From a virus (lineage: Duplodnaviria > Heunggongvirae > Uroviricota > Caudoviricetes), in IMG/VR virus record IMGVR_UViG_3300037400_003188, positions 1 to 57,013 of that record: 57,013 nt of DNA. One strand, 5' to 3'. Made by a program: the position numbers and the translations under genes. The notes under the pieces were generated by a model. That model was not told the DNA's origin, did no database searches, and saw only the letters and a program-made list of their open reading frames with translations. Below, one piece after another: positions 47,267 to 56,365 of the stretch (the first letter of the stretch is position 1; each line of letters opens with the position of its first letter).

Positions 47267-47953
47267 TTACTTTCCAATGTATTTTTTCCATTCGGAGCAT
47301 GGATAGGTGAAATCTTGTTCATTTGTATATGCCTCCGCCTCGAAAGGTATGTGATAATACGAAGCGTTGTTCTTAACGCCGTACTTAAACAACCCAATAA
47401 ACCAGTACCAAAGATATAATAAATAGAAGGTAAAATATCCAAGTTTAAACGATTTGCCCTGGAGTGTATGTATGCGTTCATGATTAACCATTACTACACC
47501 AGTATATGTTCCAAGGAATGTTCTCAACTCATCTTTTGACTTAACGTCAAATATGTGGCCGAATAATGTTATTGCTTCAAATCCTTTCGGCAAAAGTTTG
47601 AAATTCCAATGTACTTTAAGTCCATCGACTAAAAAGTAATGTTTATGTTCTTCAATTTCTGAGTTTTGTTTCTTAATGTTATTTTTATTTCTCATATTAT
47701 CTGTTGTATTTTTGATATTATCTAGTACTTCGTTAAATTGTTTAACAATCTTTTTATATTCATTCTTTGGAATATACCGTGGATTTAACACTTCAACTCT
47801 TGACGTTTCTTCTACTGGTATGAATATTGGCCTAACAGAATTGTCAAACTCGAAGGCATATCTTACATTCTCCATATACGCAGGAACATCTGTTTTATGT
47901 AAGTTTGACACATCTATGTAAAACACTACTATTATTTTATCACTGTCTTTCAT
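47267..47953 (-). CDS. Two-part protein with C-terminal HExxH zinc-metallopeptidase-like domain
   Basis: AITLFG...NHERIHTLQ...FEAEAY. Confidence 0.65.
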   Translation of the reverse strand: MKDSDKIIVVFYIDVSNLHKTDVPAYMENVRYAFEFDNSVRPIFIPVEETSRVEVLNPRYIPKNEYKKIVKQFNEVLDNIKNTTDNMRNKNNIKKQNSEIEEHKHYFLVDGLKVHWNFKLLPKGFEAITLFGHIFDVKSKDELRTFLGTYTGVVMVNHERIHTLQGKSFKLGYFTFYLLYLWYWFIGLFKYGVKNNASYYHIPFEAEAYTNEQDFTYPCSEWKKYIGK

Positions 47954-47963
47954 AATGTATTAT

Positions 47964-48200
47964 TTAAAATTCGTCTATTATTATTTCCTCAATGTATAGA
48001 GGATAATTATCTCGTATCTCTTTTGCAATATCCACTTGATTTATTATTTCTTCTGGACCATATTCCCATTCTTCTTCATAATATGGCTCACCATGCTCAT
48101 CTTCGTATTCAACATTTTCTGCCATTACTTTAAATTTACATGGTATCCTTAAGTTAATCGTTATATGGCCGTCTATTTCTTTTTCGTGCTTATTTCCCAT
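47964..48200 (-). CDS. Hypothetical acidic protein
   Basis: Packed ORF. Confidence 0.65.
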   Translation of the reverse strand: MGNKHEKEIDGHITINLRIPCKFKVMAENVEYEDEHGEPYYEEEWEYGPEEIINQVDIAKEIRDNYPLYIEEIIIDEF

Positions 48201-48700
48201 TATTTTAATTTTGTAACATTTGGAGTGTTAAAATCTTTGAATTTTTTAGCACATTTCTCACAATAATAACCTATCCATCTTCTAGTCATATACTCCGTTG
48301 GACGGCCACAGATCTGACAATTATCATGACTTAAGATAGTATACTTTTCAATGATCTCATGAGTATTCCTATTTCCGCCTTCGTCATACCAGCAAAGATC
48401 TCCCCATTTCTCTTTTACCTGATGAACAGTGTAGTCTTTAAGGTTATCATCTTTGATAGCCTTCTTAAGTTCTTTACAAAGATTAAGGCTAAAAGATTTC
48501 CTCCATCCTTTTGGCAGGCAGTCTAACCATGTTTCTTCGTATCTATATTTATAACCAGGTTTATGATAGTGCATATTACAACCATATCCTAGTGACGGTC
48601 TCAAAAATGGATACTTTTTAACTAAAAAATAATTTCGTATTATTTCAAATAATTTAATTTTCATTTTCCTTGTGTATTTGAACAAATTCTTCCATGCCAC
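48200..48700 (-). CDS. Conserved phage protein (QxKEKxG family) with C-terminal Zn finger
   Basis: GW...QVKEKWGDLCWY...CQICG...CEKC. Confidence 0.75.
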   Translation of the reverse strand: MAWKNLFKYTRKMKIKLFEIIRNYFLVKKYPFLRPSLGYGCNMHYHKPGYKYRYEETWLDCLPKGWRKSFSLNLCKELKKAIKDDNLKDYTVHQVKEKWGDLCWYDEGGNRNTHEIIEKYTILSHDNCQICGRPTEYMTRRWIGYYCEKCAKKFKDFNTPNVTKLK

Positions 48701-48881
48701 CTATCACTGCATCTGGATGAAATCCAATTCCAATCATTGCGGTATAAAATGCATCTGCAAAATCACTCATATTAGCATCCCAGTGCAAATCTTGCTCAAT
48801 AGTCTTATCGGTAGTTTTTACTATCAATTTACTAGGTAGCATTGTGTCGTTGCCTAAATAATATGGATCGTTATATCTCAT
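48654..48881 (-). CDS. Hypothetical protein
   Basis: Packed ORF. Confidence 0.6.
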   Translation of the reverse strand: MRYNDPYYLGNDTMLPSKLIVKTTDKTIEQDLHWDANMSDFADAFYTAMIGIGFHPDAVIGGMEEFVQIHKENEN

Positions 48882-48883
48882 AA

Positions 48884-49306
48884 TTAATCAACATTTACTA
48901 AATACTTTTCAACATTTATTATTGGATCCTCATCATCATAACTGCCATAACTGGCTTCTTGAACTAATGATTTCAAGAACTCTAACTCTTGTATAGCCTT
49001 TTCGGCATACTTTAATTCTTCCTTAAATTCAATAATACATTGAATATAGCCTTCGTTTTCTCCAGCGTGCTTTTCATATTCTTCCAAGTATGCTTTTGAC
49101 TTTTTATTATTACTATTAATTTCTTCAATGGCATTATTGATCAAATCTTCTGTAAGGTCACTGAATTGCCATTCATCTCCATTTCCGATATATGCAACGT
49201 TGCGATACATCGCCTGGTATACATCATTATTTCTACTCCATGAGATAATCGGAGCAGGTTTTTCTACGTTTTTTAATTTAACGTAAACAGTTAAATAACT
49301 ACTCAT
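48884..49306 (-). CDS. Hypothetical protein
   Basis: Promoter TATATTTG upstream (~49335). Confidence 0.75.
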   Translation of the reverse strand: MSSYLTVYVKLKNVEKPAPIISWSRNNDVYQAMYRNVAYIGNGDEWQFSDLTEDLINNAIEEINSNNKKSKAYLEEYEKHAGENEGYIQCIIEFKEELKYAEKAIQELEFLKSLVQEASYGSYDDEDPIINVEKYLVNVD

Positions 49307-49539
49307 AATTCAAATATTTTTACTCCAAAGCAAATATACAAAAAAATTTTGATATGGTAAAAAAATGATCGCCTAAAAAACCATGCTTTTTTGCTTTAGT
49401 TAATTAGGCGATTTCAGGACCCTAGAAAATGTGTAAATGTGTTAAAAAAACTATCTTTAAGAATGCCTTGGTATATCAAGAAAAGTGTGGTAATTTTTCG
49501 CAAAAAATTATCTATTTACAAGTCCAATGACGGATACTG

Positions 49540-50289
49540 TTATTTTTCGCCATTTTCTTGTTCATTTTTCCCATATTTTTCGACTAAATAGTCAATCATC
49601 CAGTCCCAAGTTTCGTCCAAAGTCATCTTTGGGCCGTATTGTTCCACGTCCAAACCGCGCTTCTTATACTCATCTTCAGTAACAGACCAATCAGGGCATA
49701 CTCCTTGGAATAATTTGCTCAATGAATCATATAATTTTGCAATACGTTCCTTGTACTTAAGAGTTGGATCCTCGTCATTGAATACTGGATTTTTAAACAC
49801 TTTCAATTCGTGAGTATTGTAATCTTTAAATCCATACATAGTGGGGAAATGATCCTCCTCATATTGTACATAAGCAAATATACTGTGCTCATATCCAGAA
49901 CCACTTATAACATATGGTGCAATATATTCAATGAAGTTCTCAATCTGTCCAGTATAGTTTTTTAAATCGGCCCTAGTTGATATTTTGTATGAATCACTAA
50001 TATGGTCATATTCAAACCTTCGGACAGGATTTGCCGCTCCAAAATAATAAGAACACGAACAGAATAGTCGATAAAAGTCATATTCCTCTATAAACTTTTC
50101 TATCTCCTCAATTGGAGTTGTGCGTTCAATGTAGTCCTCGTTGAAACGCTTTTGTTCCCATCCATCTGGGTTCTCATACTTAGGCTGTTTCTCCTCGCCG
50201 TTAATTACGTAGTCCAAGGCATCAACGCATACCTTTGGGGTCTTTTTGGACAACTCGCATCCAAAAATGAATTCTGTGTACATTCCCAT
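49540..50289 (-). CDS. Conserved phage hypothetical protein (MGMYTE N-terminus)
   Basis: MGMYTEF...LKNY..xIExF..YI.PY pattern. Confidence 0.8.
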   Translation of the reverse strand: MGMYTEFIFGCELSKKTPKVCVDALDYVINGEEKQPKYENPDGWEQKRFNEDYIERTTPIEEIEKFIEEYDFYRLFCSCSYYFGAANPVRRFEYDHISDSYKISTRADLKNYTGQIENFIEYIAPYVISGSGYEHSIFAYVQYEEDHFPTMYGFKDYNTHELKVFKNPVFNDEDPTLKYKERIAKLYDSLSKLFQGVCPDWSVTEDEYKKRGLDVEQYGPKMTLDETWDWMIDYLVEKYGKNEQENGEK

Positions 50290-50300
50290 AATTTTAAAAT

Positions 50301-50473
50301 TTATTTTGTTATCCAATTAGTTAAACTTCCATTCTCAATATGATGTTTTTGTTTGCCGAAATAATATAATTGCGAATCAGTGAGATTTGCAAACCAAGGT
50401 TCAAAGTATTGTTGATATTTTGCATGGTTATCTCTATGCCAACGTTCTTGTAGCCAACATTTTAGTTCTTCCA
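50301..50473 (-). pseudogene. Probable small gene with a single-base frameshift
   Basis: MEEL(K) continues in a shifted frame as CWLQERWHRDNHAKYQQYFEPWF...; span is 173 nt. Confidence 0.35.
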
Positions 50474-50476
50474 TAA

Positions 50477-51820
50477 TCAATCTACTTCGTCAGTTGATTT
50501 AATATTAATTTTTGGTTTCATCATATACTTAATATCGCAAGTCTCTGTAATAAGATTCGCAATTTCATTGGTGTCCTTGTAAGCCATTGGAGACTCATCA
50601 AGAGTTCCAGCACATACACTGGTAGAGTATATACCCTCCATAGACTCCTTGAACTCATCAAGTGATACGTTCTTCTTTGCGGCGGAACGAGACATCTTAC
50701 GGCCAGCACCATGTGAGCATGAATTCAACCAGTCGGAGTTTGACTTACCTTCGCAGATTGCAACACCATCACGCATATTAAATGGTACAAGCATCTTTTC
50801 TCCTACATAAGAACGAATAGCACCTTTTCTAATAATAGGCGTTTCTTCTGAGAAGTCTATGTAATTGTGTACTGATACAATTTCCTCTACAACCTTACAC
50901 CCATATTTAGCAACCATGCCGTCTATTACTCTGTGAATGACAATATGATTGAACATTGCATAGCAACGAGCTACATACATATCACAGAAATAGCCTTTCA
51001 TCTTTTCTCCAGTTAAGAAACCTTCGATGTGATCTTTCTGTAAAAAATCTAAGTGTGCTTTTAGGGCATCTTTAAAGCCAGTCATATCTCTAGAACCGTT
51101 TGAATTTGTATGTTCTTTGATATACTTTTGCTTAAAAATCTCCGTGGCTTCTTTTATTTGTGTTTTAGAAAGAGAACCGCCTTTAGATTTATTCTCCCAG
51201 TAATTACATACCTTCACTCCGAAATTACGAGAGCCACAATGTACCGATATTCCGTATAATCCAGCATCCTCGTTTACATCATATTCACAGTAGTGATTAC
51301 CCGAACCGAACGAATTTATAGAATAATACCACGTTTTTTCATCCATTCCTATACGGTCAAGCATATCAGTTACCCATTTTTCTGTTACAGTATCTGGCAA
51401 TCCATAAAAAATATCTGGATGAGCAGATTTGGCCTTACGAAACTCGGTTGATAAAAAACGATACAATTCCTTGTCATCGTACATTTTCTTTGGTGATAAA
51501 TTGAATCCCCATCCGCACTCCTTAAGAATACGATGATTTAACTCAGCGTATTTATCCTCAGGAATTGGCTTATCATAAAGGTGCATAGATATTTCGCAAC
51601 CAATATCGACACCAACCGTTCTTGGATCAACATAGTTTCCTATTTTGCAGCAGAAACCGATTACAGAACCTTTACCGCAATGGGCATCTGGCTGTATTAC
51701 TATTTTACAACCGTCATATGCCTTACAATTCACAATTGAATATATTTGAGCAATTGCTTCTGCCTCTGTGTTGTCGTTCGTAACAAGAGCAGAGGTATAT
51801 TTACCTTTTATTTCTATCAT
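50477..51820 (-). CDS. rtcB: RtcB family RNA ligase
   Basis: PDAHxG, VGVDIGC, GSGNHY, HCGSR, HNY, RKGA, SHGAGR, DESPMAYK. Confidence 0.95.
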   Translation of the reverse strand: MIEIKGKYTSALVTNDNTEAEAIAQIYSIVNCKAYDGCKIVIQPDAHCGKGSVIGFCCKIGNYVDPRTVGVDIGCEISMHLYDKPIPEDKYAELNHRILKECGWGFNLSPKKMYDDKELYRFLSTEFRKAKSAHPDIFYGLPDTVTEKWVTDMLDRIGMDEKTWYYSINSFGSGNHYCEYDVNEDAGLYGISVHCGSRNFGVKVCNYWENKSKGGSLSKTQIKEATEIFKQKYIKEHTNSNGSRDMTGFKDALKAHLDFLQKDHIEGFLTGEKMKGYFCDMYVARCYAMFNHIVIHRVIDGMVAKYGCKVVEEIVSVHNYIDFSEETPIIRKGAIRSYVGEKMLVPFNMRDGVAICEGKSNSDWLNSCSHGAGRKMSRSAAKKNVSLDEFKESMEGIYSTSVCAGTLDESPMAYKDTNEIANLITETCDIKYMMKPKINIKSTDEVD

Positions 51821-51941
51821 TTTTTATTTTTTTTATATATTCTACCTAACACCCAACCATTTTCTAAAAAACTAGCAACAAGTTCTTTATCAATCATTTT
51901 AGATATAATACCATTATTCATATTATTAATGTTTAAAATTA

Positions 51942-52511
51942 TTATTCAAAATAGCGCATTCTGCTAAAATTAAAATTTCCTATCACATTGCTATGATTGA
52001 TACCATCGTTGTTTAATATTGATAGCCAATTACTTAAAGGAACATTAGATTCCAAGAAGTCATGAAGCATCTTGCTAAAATAAGTTCCGTAATGTGTAAT
52101 ATCTATGCTAATATCATCATAATCGGATTGTGCAAAAGTTATTCCATGCTGTTCAGACTCACTTTCATTGGAAATAAACATTCCAGTAAAAAATCCGCGT
52201 AAATGATGTGTTTCTGCGAACTCAGAAGCGTAACACCAACTTGCAATTACATTCTGCGCATGAATTAAATGTACGTTATTTTCATGAATAATATATTGAC
52301 CTGAATTCAAATTTGGATGCAATAATCCTTGTGTAGTTCCATGCCCACACATAATCAATGTGTCGTTTTCATTAGCGATTGCATTATCAACAATTTCTTC
52401 GAAATCGTCCATGTCATGAGTTATCTCAATCACTCTACAATCGAGATTCGCCCATATTTGCTGCAAAAGCAATGTGTCCTGATCCCAAAAATTTGAATAT
52501 ATAACCGTCAT
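51942..52511 (-). CDS. Hypothetical protein, possible caspase/gingipain-like fold
   Basis: CGHGT followed by SWCYA (possible His-Cys dyad). Confidence 0.4.
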   Translation of the reverse strand: MTVIYSNFWDQDTLLLQQIWANLDCRVIEITHDMDDFEEIVDNAIANENDTLIMCGHGTTQGLLHPNLNSGQYIIHENNVHLIHAQNVIASWCYASEFAETHHLRGFFTGMFISNESESEQHGITFAQSDYDDISIDITHYGTYFSKMLHDFLESNVPLSNWLSILNNDGINHSNVIGNFNFSRMRYFE

Positions 52512-52515
52512 GTTT

Positions 52516-52755
52516 TTACTTATTTATAATATAACTACCCTTTTTCATGTAATGAATCATTCCGTTTTGAAGTACAATGCGTGCAACTTGGTCTTCGTTC
52601 TTCACGCATGTACCATCATCGTATTGGGCCTTTGTCGGCATTTTACTGCCAATGGTCTCAGTGATTGACTTAATTCTATAATCATCACTATACAAGCCAC
52701 CAACCACTAAAATTTTCTTTGTAAATCGCTTTCTCATTACATCTTTATTTTTCAA
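52516..52755 (-). CDS. Hypothetical protein
   Basis: Directly after a family promoter. Confidence 0.65.
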   Translation of the reverse strand: MKNKDVMRKRFTKKILVVGGLYSDDYRIKSITETIGSKMPTKAQYDDGTCVKNEDQVARIVLQNGMIHYMKKGSYIINK

Positions 52756-52761
52756 ATCTGC

Positions 52762-52810
52762 TGCAAAAGTACAACTTTTTTTTGGAATATAAAAATTTTA
52801 GGGAGAAAAA
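52762..52810 (-). promoter_or_regulatory. Promoter of the same family
   Basis: Reverse complement reads CCCTAAAATTTTTATA-N-GTTGTACTTTTGCAGC. Confidence 0.85.
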
Positions 52811-52990
52811 ATGTTAATTATGCTATAAATTTTCCGTCGACATAGAAATCTCTATTATTTTTACACTCCCAATTCTTAATATATCCCATATGACACATAT
52901 AACAAACTAATGGGTAGTAAATTGTTTCATCATTATTAGAATAGTCTTTTACTGCATCAATAATATCTAATGCTTCTTCGTTTGTCATAA

Positions 52991-53203
52991 TTATTCACAA
53001 ATATTAATTGTTAACTCTACTTTAGTTGGTTCTTCGTCTTCCCATTTGACTTGCGGAAAATCATTTTTATCTAATTCTAAATAAGAATTATCGTATGATT
53101 TTGGGACCCATGTAGCACTTGCTTTGAACGGTGCATCAGTCATAAACAATGTTATTTCCCCATCTATATCTCTTGCTACCCAAGCAGTAATTTTCTTTTC
53201 CAT
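52991..53203 (-). CDS. Conserved Bacteroidales-phage hypothetical protein
   Basis: WVARD.DG...FP.VKWED.EP pattern. Confidence 0.7.
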   Translation of the reverse strand: MEKKITAWVARDIDGEITLFMTDAPFKASATWVPKSYDNSYLELDKNDFPQVKWEDEEPTKVELTINICE

Positions 53204-53221
53204 ATATTTACAATATAAAGT

Positions 53222-53659
53222 TTATTTTAACACCACATCATATACATTTGACCGCCAACCTGAAGATTGGAAAGCTGCAACTTCACGATTGATAATTGGG
53301 TCATCATCCCATTTCTCATAATAACCACCTCGCCCATTTGAGACTTCTGTCCAAATCTCTCTAATCTTTTTAGAATATGTGGTGTCAGAATAAATCATAT
53401 AACACCTCTCAGGAAAACCTGTTATTGTATCATTTAATTGTTTTAATGTCATAATTATTCCCTTTTTAAAATATTTGTTATATTCATCACATATTTCTTG
53501 TGCTTTTTCATATGTGGGATATAAGGTGCATTCGTTAAAATTGACATATTTACACCCATTAATTGCCATAAAATAGTTGAAAAGAAAGTAATCGTCATTG
53601 CCATTTTCTTTTGCTACATTATCAATAATGTAATATTTTTTATTTTTTAATTTTCCCAT
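53222..53659 (-). CDS. Hypothetical protein
   Basis: Packed ORF. Confidence 0.7.
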   Translation of the reverse strand: MGKLKNKKYYIIDNVAKENGNDDYFLFNYFMAINGCKYVNFNECTLYPTYEKAQEICDEYNKYFKKGIIMTLKQLNDTITGFPERCYMIYSDTTYSKKIREIWTEVSNGRGGYYEKWDDDPIINREVAAFQSSGWRSNVYDVVLK

Positions 53660-53679
53660 ATCTCTTAATCATTAAAATA

Positions 53680-53871
53680 TTAATTTAATTCCACAACTCT
53701 AAATTCCGTTTTATCCACAAAATCAATTCCAATATTTTTTATAGTATCTACAGCCTCTTCTATTGTTGAGTATATTTTGTCTCCAAATATTCTCCAATAT
53801 GACCAATAAGAATATTGAGGAGTGTACGGATTATATGCATAAAATCGTTTTTCTATTTGATATCTTTTCAT
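53680..53871 (-). CDS. Hypothetical protein
   Basis: ATG at 53871 preferred. Confidence 0.6.
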   Translation of the reverse strand: MKRYQIEKRFYAYNPYTPQYSYWSYWRIFGDKIYSTIEEAVDTIKNIGIDFVDKTEFRVVELN

Positions 53872-53884
53872 AATTTTTAATTTT

Positions 53885-54073
53885 TTAATCATTAAAATGT
53901 CCAATCGGTTCATACCAATCATCACCGCCATATTGACTTTCATCATCGTGGTGCATAACGGAAAACTCATACTCCTTCATTGAATCATGTTCATCATCGT
54001 CATGTGATAGGATTGACTTGTCATAACGTTTCAAGTCCTCCTCATGTTGTTCAATCCATTCCCTCTTTTTCAT
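53885..54073 (-). CDS. Small acidic His/Asp-rich protein
   Basis: Fills the gap in a packed run. Confidence 0.5.
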   Translation of the reverse strand: MKKREWIEQHEEDLKRYDKSILSHDDDEHDSMKEYEFSVMHHDDESQYGGDDWYEPIGHFND

Positions 54074-54473
54074 GCTTGCAAAATTCATTTAAATCTATTA
54101 CATGTAGTTTGCCTTGTTTTCTTGCCATTTCAGTAAAAAGTTCATAAAATTTCAATGAACCAATTTTTTCATTTTTCATAATCTATATGTCCATTTTCTT
54201 TATTAAAACTAGGCGGAAACTCCAATTCCCATTCATATAACATACGTTTATGCCCGAAAGCATCTTCTACATAATAATTTCCGTCAATACCAAGCGTTAC
54301 GCATTCGGCTAACGGAATATTTGGGTATACTCCTATTCTAATTGCCATATTACCTCATTTCCCAAATCCATTGGGCAATTTCTTCTTCTTTTATTTTTCT
54401 AAGTTCCTTTTGGATTCTATCTCTTTCGGCTGCTGCCCATAAATCTACTTTTTCCATAATTTTATCTACTGAC

Positions 54474-54689
54474 TTATCCGTGCATATATTGATTAATAAC
54501 CTCACCATATAAAGCCCTAATTATTTCGGCTTCATAGTCGATATTTGTAAAACACTGCGTCATAAAGTGATTATGTCTATCAATATCATTATTTACCCCA
54601 CCATAGGTTGCCTTATACTCTCTTTTACCGCCTTTATCCTCGACTTTAAGTATGAGAGTTAACTTTTTTGTTATGTCAAATGTTTTCAT
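54474..54689 (-). CDS. Hypothetical protein
   Basis: Packed ORF. Confidence 0.6.
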   Translation of the reverse strand: MKTFDITKKLTLILKVEDKGGKREYKATYGGVNNDIDRHNHFMTQCFTNIDYEAEIIRALYGEVINQYMHG

Positions 54690-54695
54690 TGTTTA

Positions 54696-54920
54696 TCAAT
54701 CTCCTACCATGTCTAAAAATTTACAAGCCAACCCTTCACTATAAAATGTGACATCATCACTAATAATACCCTTATTTCTTGTGTCACTTATTTCCTCTAA
54801 AAGAGTATGTGCCATCTCAACGGCTAAATCCATAACCTCGTGTAGGTTATGACCGTTAATGTTAACAGTAGTTTTTGTTTTAACTTCTGTCTGTATGTCT
54901 ATATCTGCGTGTCCGTTCAT
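54696..54920 (-). CDS. Hypothetical protein
   Basis: Packed ORF. Confidence 0.6.
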   Translation of the reverse strand: MNGHADIDIQTEVKTKTTVNINGHNLHEVMDLAVEMAHTLLEEISDTRNKGIISDDVTFYSEGLACKFLDMVGD

Positions 54921-54921
54921 A

Positions 54922-55173
54922 TTATTTCAAATTATTAACTGCTGCCTCTATGCAAAATTGTAATGTCTTCGCATGCTCAATACCTTTTCTAAATGCTCTT
55001 TCCGCAACAAAAAATTTCGAAGCGTCATCTGGGTAAAGTTGCATTGCATATTCGTAAGCGGCAATGTCTTTATCCGACAAACCAAATGTTTCTTTGGTTA
55101 CTTGCATGGGATATTTCTTGCCTTCTGCTTCCCACGTGTACCAGTCACCTATTTGTAATTCCGTTACTTTCAT
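54922..55173 (-). CDS. Hypothetical protein (MKxTELQIGDW N-terminus)
   Basis: Packed ORF. Confidence 0.6.
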   Translation of the reverse strand: MKVTELQIGDWYTWEAEGKKYPMQVTKETFGLSDKDIAAYEYAMQLYPDDASKFFVAERAFRKGIEHAKTLQFCIEAAVNNLK

Positions 55174-55175
55174 AA

Positions 55176-55367
55176 TTATTTATCTTTCTTTGGGTCAAAT
55201 ACTATTTTCCCAATTTTATTTTTTATAAATTCTTTAAATCTTATATCTACGGCTTTTTCAATACATTCTTTAAAACGTGCTGTCCAATCAATAGACATAT
55301 CAAATTTGCTTTCAATTATTTCATCAAGTGTTAATTGAAATGCTTTTATATAATCTTGTTCTTTCAT
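55176..55367 (-). CDS. Hypothetical protein
   Basis: C-terminus duplicated with the upstream gene. Confidence 0.6.
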   Translation of the reverse strand: MKEQDYIKAFQLTLDEIIESKFDMSIDWTARFKECIEKAVDIRFKEFIKNKIGKIVFDPKKDK

Positions 55368-55369
55368 AA

Positions 55370-55708
55370 TTATTTATCTTTTTTAGAGTCATAAACTATT
55401 TTTCCAACCTTATGTTTCCATTCTGGATGAACTTGAATTACTAGTTTTCCAATATATAATGAATTCGCATACTTATCATATTTAATTCCACGATTAAAAT
55501 CTGACATCCATACTCTAAGATTAAATCCACATTTAATTGGAATTAACTCAACAATAACAGTATCTTCTCTACAAAACCGTTTGCAATCTTCTAATGATTG
55601 GCTTTCAAAAGATATTGCGTGTAAATCACGCGTTCTAACTGAATAACCTCTTTGATAATCGTATAACATAAATCTTTGTTTTTTACAAATATACATATAA
55701 TTTCCCAA
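55370..55708 (-). CDS. Hypothetical protein
   Basis: Packed ORF. Confidence 0.65.
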   Translation of the reverse strand: MGNYMYICKKQRFMLYDYQRGYSVRTRDLHAISFESQSLEDCKRFCREDTVIVELIPIKCGFNLRVWMSDFNRGIKYDKYANSLYIGKLVIQVHPEWKHKVGKIVYDSKKDK

Positions 55709-55745
55709 ATGTGCCGTTGAAAGATAAGATTTGGGAAAAAATAAC

Positions 55746-56360
55746 TTACTTCAAATTATCTAATGATTTTCTATTTTTATAGTATACCATTACCCAACCA
55801 AAATCATCGATGATACACGCAAGGCCCCATATGAATAGTGCAAGTTTTAATGATGGCATTGCAAATAATGCAACACTAAATCCTAATACTGATACAATAC
55901 CGCCGACTATTGATGCGTTGTTATCATATATCTCACGCCCTTTATCGTTCCATAATACGGCCTTAAACGCCATTATACATTTTCCGACGAATATGCTCAC
56001 AAACGACGTGTATAACAATGATACAATTGCAAATATCCATACATTATAGTATACGAAACATAGGAACATGGCAAGTGAAAACGATAAAACCGATTCGGCA
56101 ATTGCTAACCACATAAAAAACTTTGTGGCAAATTCTCTTGTTTTTCCCTTCCATATAACGCCAATTATTAAACCAGATATGGAACCAAACAACGACTCAA
56201 ACGCAATCCACTCGGCTGGCAAATCGGAAATAATTGCCTTCATTATTGCAGGAGATACATACGTGAAAAACAGACCACTTATAAATAACGATATTAAAAT
56301 GTATTTTTGATTCTTATCTGGATGAATATTTAATAAATTTAAAATTTTACTCATGTACAA
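55746..56360 (-). CDS. Polytopic membrane protein (~6 TM, half-MFS-like)
   Basis: About six hydrophobic helices. Confidence 0.75.
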   Translation of the reverse strand: MYMSKILNLLNIHPDKNQKYILISLFISGLFFTYVSPAIMKAIISDLPAEWIAFESLFGSISGLIIGVIWKGKTREFATKFFMWLAIAESVLSFSLAMFLCFVYYNVWIFAIVSLLYTSFVSIFVGKCIMAFKAVLWNDKGREIYDNNASIVGGIVSVLGFSVALFAMPSLKLALFIWGLACIIDDFGWVMVYYKNRKSLDNLK

Positions 56361-56365
56361 AAAAA

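Noticed and set aside
47267-47953. Possible frameshift fusion of two genes
   Set aside because: The frame is continuous and an internal ATG alone is not evidence; needs homolog comparison.
49366-49415. ATCGCCTA...TAGGCGAT inverted repeat
   Set aside because: Long loop, single copy; probably an ordinary terminator or stabiliser.
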